From contig NC_087246.1 in the NCBI RefSeq assembly GCF_037042905.1, positions 64,046,001 through 64,110,000 of the forward strand: a stretch of DNA of 64,000 nucleotides, read 5' to 3'. This document shows, piece by piece, positions 27,501 through 39,500 of this stretch. Position 1 is the first letter of the stretch. Each line of letters opens with the position of its first letter. A program made the translations under genes and the position numbers. This stretch comes from Lytechinus pictus. Its lineage: Eukaryota. The notes under the pieces were generated by a model. That model worked only from the letters and a program-made list of their open reading frames with translations. It had not been told where the DNA came from and searched no databases.

Positions 27501-30500
27501 GTCGAATTGACTTCAATTGTTTTAACTTTACATTACATGAATTACCTCACTTATGTCTGATAGAATAAAACCCATAAAACTGAGCTAGCTTAATTACAGG
27601 TAGATTAGTAGATTTATATATTTAGAAGTAATTTACAGGATACCTGTACTAGATAGCACTAATAAGATGTAAATTTGTACATATAGGAAAGATGAATTAT
27701 TACAAGTAACTGATTTGATACCATAGTTGTACGTGCCAAATGCATTGTACAATGCTTTTTATTTATGGAATTTCTTGGCTTGATTGCCATATTGTTGGAA
27801 AGAACAGTTAATAAAGTTATTTGTTACTTGTTTACTTTAACGATTTTGCTTGATTGATTCATTCTTTAAAATGTCTGGTCACATGCTAGTCACTATGGTA
27901 GTTATTAAATTAGTACTTCAACATCTCATTTAGATAGTAAATCAGAAAAATCATAGAACGGAATCATTGTTTAGTTGTTATGCTAGACGCTTAACCATGT
28001 CATTGTGCCTTAGATTGCTTGCTACCGTATAGGAGAACCGTAACATATAGTACATGTGATGAGAATCTGCCCCAGTTAGAAGTTGTGTGTGATAGCTCGA
28101 GTTTAGTTGTGCTAGCTTAGACACTAGTGGATAGCGTTGCATGTAGTTTGTGATGCTATGTGGAGTTGGTGAATCAAAGAAGTTTGATTGATTGTGCACG
28201 TTTTAGTGCATGAGATTAGTAGTTAAAATCATTTCAAAAGTGTTCTTAAAATGTTTATTAGGTGGTCTGTCGATGACAGATCACCTCTTGATTTCACCAG
28301 AATTTTCTTTCTTTATTCTTTATTTATTTTTATTTCTTCCGTAAACTTTTTTGTACACACGTTCACTCGAAATCGACATGGTCAATTTCCTTCAAATTTC
28401 TGTCAGTCATCAAGCCCTATGATTTCAAGTTAAATCAACTTTTTCAAGGTCATCAGGTCATCGCGACGTCATCCAGGCGCCATTTTGTAAAAATCAGGTC
28501 ATTATCATATCTCAATAACGAGTCATCAAAATTCAACTATATTTGGTATACATCAACTTCAGGTCAACGGTCAACTAAAAATTTCATCAATTCCGCGCGC
28601 GCACCTCGACGCGCATTAAAATTTTAAAATGCTCAAATTCGTTCCACATTAATTTTCCATACGTTTTAGGCCATTTTAAGCATTTTGCAAAAAACGCGCG
28701 CGCACACACATGCGCGCGCGTGTTCGCGCGTAATTGCATCTTCCAACATAGAATCGCCAAATTTGTTTATATCAATGCATCAATAATATAATTCTGAACA
28801 ATTTGATACCTTGATCAACCAACCTTCTACGACAAGTAATAACAAAATTATCACCCGTTAAACTTTGCAGCATGTGTGCGCGCGAGCTCTCACTACAGGC
28901 CATATATGGGCAAAAACATGTCTATTGAAAATTCACTGTAGCTCTTTAAAATAGTCCGTTGACCCAAATTTTTTTTTCATATATCGATAGAGTATGAGTT
29001 GTAGATTTGATTTCATGTCACCATTGCCCCTCAATTTGATCATGACGTCATCAAAATTGCGCCTAAACTGAAAATTTCATTTTTTCAAAAATGACGTCAT
29101 CAAATTTATGCAAATTTGATCATAACTCTGTGAATATTGATCATTTTTCGCCCAGATTTTGATGTGTTGTAGTTTAGAATGTACTCTTTCTCGTCAATTC
29201 CATGGATTTTTATTTTGAAAAACGCATCATGGTGTAAAATTGCGATGAAAAGAGGCATGTCATTTTTCCTCATATTACGTGTAATCTCTATGGGACATGA
29301 CTTTTTCTCAAAAGTAGATTCTACATTCGTCTATTTCGTGAGATATATCTCCATTTTTTCTTGTTAGTTATCCCTGAGCTTTTGATATGATGTAGCTGAG
29401 ATTCTAAGTTTTCGGAAGTGTGCCCTCCATTTTTCGATCAGATGCCAGGATCATACCCGTTTTTCGCCAGGATCATGCCCGTTTTTCGCTTGCAAAATTG
29501 GATTTGTAATTCTCAAATTTGCTTACGTCTAATCTCTATGGGAACGTGTAATCTCTATGGGGATTATCGTGGCTCAATGGATAATGCCCTTGACTTGAGT
29601 TCTCGGGGGCGCAGGTTCGAGTCCTGGGGGTGAACAAGATGATTTTTTTTTTCATTTTTTTGTCTTTTTACCACCTCGTACATGATCCTTTATGATAATT
29701 AAAAGGTATGAAAGTTGAAATTTAGCAAGATTAAACAGATTATAATTTTTTCATATCACATGTATTTTCATATATCAAAGAGACCCTTTTCACAGTGCTT
29801 TATCATCTCCCGTCTTTCACAAGTATTCCATCCATAATGATTAATGAACATTCCGTTGTCATCATGAAGATCATATTGATCTGCTTGAACATGGTAATAG
29901 TGATCATGATGGCGAGAATAAGGACAGACCACCTAATTCGTCCGCATGACGAATTAAAATCTAGTTTATAATTAGTTGTTAACTCATCGATATTGTTGCG
30001 AAGTGCAAGTTTGTTGTGACACATGAGCCTTGAATTTAGAGATGTTCTGCATGCACTGGTGTCGAGTTTAAGTGAGCATGAATGTTTATGATTTCTAGGG
30101 TGTCGGGGTCAGAGGTGACCAATTAGAAGTTGTGGTGATTGTGACATGTTGAATTTGTGTGCCAATGCGCTTACAGCAATTTGTGAATGATTAAGGCATT
30201 TAAATTACAATGTTGTTGTTGTTATGGGCCAGTGAAGCTGGCCCATGACGCTCTTTTAAAGTTCAGATGGTGGCAGCGTACTTTGTGGAGAATGGTTGAT
30301 GATAATTGGTGGCAGAGTATGATAGGAATTTTCAACATATTTTCCATTCTTTATTTTCTCTCTTGTTTCTTTCTTCTTTCTCAATCGTTTACTCTATCAT
30401 TCTATCTTTATCCTTGATTTCTCCATCATTCATTTTTTCTATTTTTCATTTCTTACTCGATCTTCTCTTTATCTGTTTCCCATCTTGTTTCACAAAACCC

Positions 30501-33500
30501 CTCTCTTTTTCCTCTTACCCGCCTTCCCCTCTATCTTCTATTTTCGCCGCAATAATTCATTGCTTTAAAAATAACAATTAGTCTAGACTAAAGTTAGAGG
30601 AAATACAATCAAGAAACATTCTCACTCGCTATTCCAAATATTACATAAATTATTTCATATTTACTAACCGTTTTCTTTGCATTGGGCTTGAAGCATACCC
30701 TTCCGCAAAAAACAATTATTTTCTTGAGTGACAAATAACATCATGATTCCGGACGCTCGCCGGACGGGTGAAGATGTTCTTGATTAATGATGTAATTAAG
30801 AATTGGGGTGTTTTTTTCTTCATATGTCATATCGTGAGTAAATTCTAAATTTTTTCATATCAAGTCTGAACAAAGTTTGGAAATATTATTTAATAATTTG
30901 TGTGTGCTAACTAATCTTCATTTTTGTCTTATTAGCTGCATGTTCCATGGCTTTTTTTCCAATATTTTGCTAGTTCCTTAGCATTACACAAATAAAGTTT
31001 GTTACGATAATAGTCTTGTTTAAACACCAGCTCGGAATCTATATATGTCCACACCAGAGAAGTGTTAAAACAACACCAGTTTGGAATCAAACCAATGCTG
31101 TTTTGATACTTCTTGGTGTTGTATAAACACATATTTGGCGTGAGGCCAAAAACCAAACTGGTGTTGTTTAACATTTCTCTGGTGTGGACATATATAGATT
31201 CCGGGCTGGTGTTGAATCAACAATTCAGTTTTTGCAGTGTAGCCCGGCGACATGTGCACGCTTCCCTTGCTTGCCTTTCCAATACAGGAATTTTTCAGCA
31301 ACTATTTTCTGAACTTGCTACTAGATGGTATATTGGAGCACTTGTGGTCGCATGTGGATCTTCTGAATAATGAAGAGTTAATTTCTCTTATTTTTTAACC
31401 ATCAGGTGCAGGCACATGGGCACGATGTCACCAGAATGCTGGCTTATAGCATAAGGCCAAAAGTATACTTCAGCCACATGCAAAAAGGTGGGTCCTTTGA
31501 AGAATTGCTAAATGAATTACAAAGGAAGGAATCTGAGGAAAGCCAGCAAGGAGCAGGCCAAGGGATAGTTCCAAGGGATAGTGATGATGATCATGATGGC
31601 GATGATGGCGATGATGGTGGTGATTATGAAGAGGAAGAGGAACTACTATATGAATTACAAAGGAAGGAATCTGAGGAAAGTCAACAAGAAGCAGGCCAAG
31701 GGATAGTTCCAAGGGATAGTGATGATGATCATGATGGCGATGATGGTGATGACTATGAAGAAGAAGAGGAAGAAGAGGAAGAGGAACTACTATATGAATT
31801 ACAAAGGAAGGAATCTGAGGAAAGTCAACAAGAAGCAGGCCAAGGGATAGTTCCAAGGGATAGTGATGATGACGATGACGATGATGAAGAAGAACTCTGG
31901 ACATTGCAGGAGGAAGATGAAAGAGGATATTCCAGTGAAGATGGACAGGAAGAGGAAGCTGTGGAGGAAATTAAAAAAGGTCAGTACTCTGTTAATAATT
32001 CCTTAAATCATTAACCCTATTGTTTCTGAAACTTTATTAGTAAAAGCTTGTGTTCACATAACACCAATATTGAAGAGATGAGATTAGTAGCAATCGAAGG
32101 TTACTGATAATCCCCACTTAAAACATCCATTTATAAATGCTTTCAAGCCTCTATTATGTTTTGAGTGTCTGCATTCAGAATACATGAAATCGCACTCAAA
32201 TACAACTCGATAAACGATAACCCAAACTATACAGTCCAACCTCTTATTTGGCCTCCCTTTATCAGGATCTCTCTAATATCCGAATGCAATCTTCCTGTGA
32301 TTTTCCCTAGTTTACTCAAATAATTACTGGGAAAACAAAGATTTCAAGCATAATCATTATTACTAAAAAAAATGTGAATTATATATTATTCCGAACATCT
32401 GTAATAAACATTCAGATGAACTTTCATGTTGATAACATGCTTTCAGACACCTTAGACCCATGCAACTGCATGTATTAAACATAGAGTCTCCCATATTCAG
32501 GTAGAAATAGGATGCGAAGTGATGTGGGTGACATGAATTCACAGTATTACATGGTAGTACAAGGTGTCCAGTATCCAGTAGAACCATGCTCGTAGTGAGC
32601 ATGGCGAATTCGCTCAAGAAAACATGACCTGACAAAAAAAATGTGTAGAAGGTTAATTCATTATCTTTTGTTTGCCAGCAGATGGGAAAATTAATTGTGT
32701 TATACATTCAAAGGTATAGAATTAAGATTTTGAATAAATACTTACATGTATAATAATAATGTGTTTTCTGTTTATTTATGTACTAAGGAACGAAAAGGAA
32801 GCAAGGACAAGATGGGAAAAAGGCGTCCAAACCAGCAGGTAAACAATTTACACTGTATATTTGTACATGTATACAGCAATGATTTGAAATGTAGAGGATA
32901 TGTTCAATGATATCCTGCTGTCAGGTGCAACTTCTTGTACATAGGACAGTCAGTCCACCTTATTGAGCAACAAAGTGTCTTGGCATGCATTTGTGTTGCT
33001 GGGGTACGATAGCATGAATTCTATATAGTTCACAGTGGTAGGCAGTCTGCTTCACGAATGAGTCCGGAACTTTGGTGAGTGACTAGTCCCTGAAAGATCA
33101 GTCATGCAACACAACATCTTGGCCTTGTTGCATAGAACTCTATAACTAGAGATAAATTTTAACTGGAGATTTTTTATCATTATTTTGGGGGTTTTGTGTT
33201 CAAGTCAAAAGTCAAAATATGTAATTTTAGTCCTCAATTGTCACCAATTGTACCGGTTTTATGCAATGGCCCTTGACAGAATGTAAACATGTATGGACCC
33301 CAAGTCAATTCAATTCAGGTTTACAAAAAAACATGATTGACAGTCAAAACTGGTTTTAATGTGGATTGGAGATGAGTTTGTGAAATGGAATGGACCTGTA
33401 AATGCGAGCTGTAAACCGAAGATGACAGATGATCATACTCCTTCATGAAATATCAAGAAATATATATATATATCTAGTTTAATTTGAACCATTCCATCAT

Positions 33501-36500
33501 TTTCACTGTTGATATGACAAATAATCATGTTTTCAAATATTTCATACTGAATTATAGAATTGAAAGTTGTAGAATTTATCCTTTTTCAGAAGTTAGTGTG
33601 CCACTGATACACCCTCACTTCCCCTCATACTCCCCAACATACATGCACAAAATAGATATACTCTATTAATCATTTTATCCCTCGAGATTAGAAAAAAATA
33701 ATAATAGGCCTACACTGGTAGAAATTTTCCTATAAGAGTCTTGTAGGCCTATTTGGTTAAGGAAGACCTATACTCATGATTCATTTTTTAAAATGTCCTA
33801 CCTTTATATTCCCTATCCCTTTAGTTACATTTATTTAGTAATACTATTATTCACCCTACATGCAGATCGAATCGAGCGAAATTGCCCACTTTGTAATGTT
33901 GCGACAAGAACGCTTGCCCGGCATCTTCGCCGCAAGCATACACAGCTGAAGGAAAACGAGATCTGGCATTTCATATATCAAGCCAGAGAACGGTGAGTAT
34001 AGTTCTTTACTCACCCATTGCCTCCAAGATTATCTGAATTTCATAGGTTTAACACAGGGACTACCCAGTTCCTGTAACCAATAGATTAAACTCTTTGCAA
34101 GTTTTGTTTGTAATTTTGTACAAGTGGCATGAAAATCATTGACAGGAAGTGTCGCTGTTATTCCAGAACTGAACAATAAAAAAAATCAATATTCTATTTC
34201 ATTATGAAGAGAATTATAGGAGAATGGACAACTGAATGATGGAAATACAAAGCATTTTCACATTTGCACCTCATAATTGTGTTATAAAAGGTTATTGATA
34301 ATTGATAAGGTGTGATCATCTGCAGACTGCAGTTAGCAAATTTATACTTTCTAAAGATTGAAAATATGCATGGATATATTAAGTATTTGAAATCAAATTT
34401 CAAAATCCCTGCATTCTGGTCATATAAAACTCGGAATTGCTTTCATGAACTGGTATTAAACCAACATGTTATAAAATAAAAGCTATGGGAATCATGTGTT
34501 CAGAGAAATTCTTATTTCTTACAGTGTGAGTATATGATGTAATATACATGTGACATACTTCTTCTATTTTTTAGAGTCCCAATTCAGAGGAAGAAAACCA
34601 GAGATGAAGGACGAGAGAGAACTGGACAGAACTGTCCCCTTTGCGCCGCAAAAGGATTAACCAAACTCTCAGACCATATGAAGAGGAAACATAATGGCCA
34701 CACAGTGGAAAAACAAGGTACTTTGAATAATTTTGTCAAAGCAATCTCATGGGGTAAGCCATTTATCACATTTAAACTATAAAAAAAATCCAACAACAGA
34801 AAATCAGGCATAAGAATTTTATATTCTTGCAAAAGTGGATTTATTACACATTTGTAGTTGATCATATAGGAAAAGGTATGCAATTAGTCATAAAGGTAAT
34901 AATCTCCCCCCTGCACACATATACACTACCAGCATGATGTTTCTGGTGTAGTAATTTGTAATGGCTTATTGTGAATAAACATTGCAATGATTTATTTTGA
35001 AAAAGTAATATTTTCCACTTCGAGATTAAGAATCCTGTCCATCTGTGTTTCCAATAATGGCTTCATCAAAGTTTGTATTTTTGTCTCACCTGTGAAGCAG
35101 AGTGAGACTATTGGCGCCACTTTTCCGGCGGCGGCGTCAACACCAAATCTTAACCGAAGGTTAAGTTTTTGAAATGACAGCATAACTTAAAAAGTATATG
35201 GACCTAGTTCATGAAACTTGGCCATAAGGTTAATCAAGTATACTGAACATCCTACCTGAGTTTTGAGTCACATGACCAAGGTCAAAGGTCATTTAGGGTC
35301 AATGAACTTAGACCATGTTGAGGGAATCAACATCAAAATCTTAACCTACATGTAAGGTTAAGTTTTTGAAATGTCATCATAACTTAAAAAGTATATGGAC
35401 CTAGTTCATGAAACTTGAACATAAGATTAATCAATTATTGCTGAACATCCTGCTTGAGTTTTGAGTCACATGACCAAGGTCAAAGGTCATTTAGGGTCAA
35501 TTAACTTTGGCCAAATAGGGGGTATATGTTGAATTACCATCATAGCTTAGAAAGTTTATTGGTCTAGTTCATAAAACTTGGACATAAGAGTAATCAAGAT
35601 TCACTGAACATCCTTTGCGCATTTCAGGTCACATGACCAAGGTCAAAGGTCAATTAACTTTGGCCATGTGGGGGGTATCTGTTGAATTATCATTATAACT
35701 TTGTATTTTTATGGATCTGATTCATGAAACTTGGACATAAGAGTAACCAAGTATCACTGAACATCTTGTTTAAATTTAGACCCCAGGGTTTAGATTCTAG
35801 ACCACTAACGTCAGACTCTAGATCTAAGAGTCTAGATTCTAGATCTAGAAAAGTCTATATCTAGAGTCTAGCTCTAGAGCTCTCACGTTATGGTGGTGGT
35901 CTCCAAGTCTGTTAACGATTGGAGTTAAGATTTTAATATGAATTCTAGATCTATCTATTTATTTCATAAATTCTTTCAGTTGCATAATGTTTTATTTTGT
36001 TAGACCTCTAGATCTAGACTCTAGATCTATATTCCAGATCCAGACTAAAGTCCTATCTCATAAAAATTTAAAAGAAATAGATCTAGAGTAGACCTAGGCC
36101 TATAGGTCTAGATCTAGGCCTAACGTAGGTCTCTACAAATCTATCTGCGTCGTTGTGCCGCCGCTTAAGGTTTTTCCACAAACTATTTTAATCCGTAGAT
36201 CTACATAATTATGGTAGTCCTATATACTTAGACTCTACCTTTGTCATCACGAAAATTGGCCGATAGTGATTGCAATGGTCAAGATTGACCACCAATGGCA
36301 TTTCCCAGTCGGCGACCTCCCTGTCTCGGGTGCGCGGTACGATGTACGATTCCTTTGTCTATCGCATATACTTGACCATAATACTGAAAATAAAATAATT
36401 GCCAGAGTAGATCAGGCTTTAATTATTCCGGCAAAGATACCAATACCACTGAGTGAAAACAACTTCTCCAAGAACCACTGTACTGAAAAGTGACCTTTGT

Positions 36501-39500
36501 TTTTCATTTTGCTTCCTTGTCCATTACTGGATGGATAGTTGAAGGGAATGACACCCCTGCCATATCATTTTTCTAAACAAGTCTAATAGACTAATGAGAG
36601 ACAAGACTATTTTTTGTAAACAGTTGAGGTCTGAAATTGTATTGTACTTTAAAAATCCCAAATTCCCAATCAATCAAAATTTGCCGTTATTAGGTAATTA
36701 TTAATTTTTTGAAAATATTCCCCTCTTCATATTCCACAGCACCAATTATGGATTGTCCTCCTCCTCCACCACCTTCTTGTGCTTCGTCTATGTCTGTTTC
36801 ATCCCTATCTCCCCCTCCATCCTCATCTGCTGCTCCATCTTCATCTCCTGTTCTATCTTCATCTCATGCTCCATCCTCATCTCACGCTCCATCATCTCAT
36901 GCTCCATCCTCATCCGCTGTTCCTCCCACACCTTCACATTTTGTTGCTGTATTTAATCACCCCTTATCTGCTCACTCTCATCATCATTGTAATCATGTAC
37001 ATGTACCACTTTTCAATTCTTCTCAAACTCCATCTGGATTTTCTTGTAAGTGTTTTGCCTTCTTTTTTTTCCTTTTCTTGATCATTTTGTTTGTCCTGTA
37101 CATTATCATGGTCATATCATATTTGTTTCTTTGAAGTTGTGTCTTTTCTTTGTCCATTGTTTGTGTATCATTTTGTATGCATGTTGTGAATGTAATGTCT
37201 GAATCCTTTGCTGTGAACAGAGCTACCTACATGTATCTTTTTTCATCTTCAATGAGGGAAATTCTTAAGGTGAGCTTTTAAGATTTCCTCATTTTGGACA
37301 GTATTTCAATGTTAAAGACCTAGACTGGACCCCAAAATGAAATTGACAAATCATATCATATACCAATTGAAAGCTTTATAAAGATAGCATTGTAAGCTTT
37401 AGGCATTTTACTGCTTATCAGCTGAGTACTTTCCTTAAAGTGATTGTTTAACATTGGTTTGACTTTTAAAAAATCTGAGCTCGAAGGTCACACATGTCAC
37501 CAGTGTCTGTGATATGTTACAAAAATGAAGCCCAGAAAAAATTGCATTCGAAAATAATTATTTAGTGCTTCAAAAATTGAAATATAAAGTGACCGGAAAC
37601 ACCACCTTAATTTCATCCCATACACTTATGTGTACTATTTAGGCGTCTAGTAGACGCTTATTTACAAAATCAGGGTTTGCCTTGTAGTTTTAGGTTTTCT
37701 TTCTCAATAACAGTTGTTTTCAGGGTTTATTAGTTCTAATACATGCACTTGTACACATGTTTCATCTTGGTTTAAGAATTTTTTTAAATCGGCTGCTCAC
37801 AAAGTTAAACCATACCTTTAAAGGACAAGTCCACCCCCAAAAAAGGTTGATTTGAATTAAGAGAGAAAAATTAAACAAACTTTAACACTGAAAATTTCAG
37901 ATGTAAATTAGGAAAGTTATGATATTTAAAGTTTCGCTTAATTTAACAAAACAGATATGCACATCCTGGTCGGTATGCAAATGAGGGGACTAATGACATC
38001 ACCCACTCACTTTCTTTTGTATTTTACTATATGAAATATGAAATATTTCGATTTTCTCCTTATTGTCATGCGAAACAAAATGAAATTGCTTCCTGAACAT
38101 GTGGAATTACCATTAATTTAACATTGTTTATTTCAACCAAGAGTGTGCAAAAATTGAAATATTGTAGAATTCAAACAATAAAAAAAAAAGTGAGTGAGTG
38201 GCTGACATCATCAACTCTTTCATTTGCACATCACTAAGTTGCACATAGTTACCATCATATCTCTGTAAGTGTATTGGTCTAGTTCATAAAATGTGGAAAT
38301 AAGTCACCAAGTATCACTGAACATCTTGTGCGAGTTCTAGTAGTTTTCAAAGTCAGCACTGCTGCTATATTGAATCGCGTGATGCAGGTGAGACGGCCAG
38401 AGGAATTTCACTTGTTACATTTTAAATTCCTTTATCTGAAGGCACCAGAAGCATATTTACTGGCCAAATGTCAGCAGTGTTTGGTTGCAGGGAAAGTACT
38501 GTATGGATGCATTCATCCATGTCATCATTCTATTCCCTTAATAATTATGATTATTTTATTCATTTTATTTTTTATCTCCTTAGCCAAAGATGGCATCTTC
38601 GAAAGGTATTTGCAGTTCACAAGCTTCTATTGCAAGGAGAAGACGGCTGAGCAGCATAAAAGCCAGCTTGAAAAAATTGATGATCTTGCCGGTGGCCTGT
38701 CAGCACTCTTCTCTGACCATGATGCAATTTACAGGTATATGGGATTCAATCTGGTTAATATATCCTTGGCCAGATACCCTATATGGAATAATTTGAAGAC
38801 TTATAACACACTGAATAGTGAATTAAAAGTTACATAGTATGTGTTAATGCATGTAATGAAAAAAAAAGTAATGTGTCACAATATTTGCTCCCTCAGAAAA
38901 ATTAGAAATTTATATTTGAGTACAAAATGAATGTATATCCTCGCTCTTAACCCTAAACCTACCAGGGGGAGGGGGAATTTTGCCCCCTTCCAGTTTTAGT
39001 ATTTTTTATTTATTCATTTATTTAAAAACAGGGAAGCCCATTCAACAAAGTGTTGGTCTCCCATGGGGCCCTGTAACAGTGTACATAGCATAACATAACA
39101 ATTATGAGAATTCATTTACAAAGCAACATCATAAGAGAGCCATAAATGAATTAGTAAGTACACGTGAAGGAAATAAGGAAATACAATTAACAATATAAGT
39201 AAAATTATTTTAAAAGCAGATGACGTGAAAGAAATAAGACGTGTATTGTTACAATTACAATGAGCCAAAAATCTGTTAAGAAAGTAAGCTGAAGTAATTG
39301 TGAGTCGAACAATATCAAAATAGAGCTAGGGCCATATGTTAATTATATATAATGATTGAGGTACAGCTTGAAAAGAAGAATGCTTATGGGTCATGATTAG
39401 ATAATGCTCAATGTTTCTAAAAATGAAATTTAAATGATGCAAAGCTAGTTTGGGATCTTATTTCAGTTGGTAGGTTATTATATAGGGATGGGCCGTCATA

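Noticed and set aside
29563-29635. Functional tRNA gene
   Set aside because: The acceptor and anticodon stems do not pair; only the promoter boxes are retained.
31470-31904. 144-aa His-rich minus-strand ORF
   Set aside because: It is the antisense shadow of the GAT/GAA-rich YR exon 2.
38328-38837. 169-aa ORF as a stand-alone gene
   Set aside because: Its 5' part is HINE repeat and intron; only 38584-38734 is exon-like.
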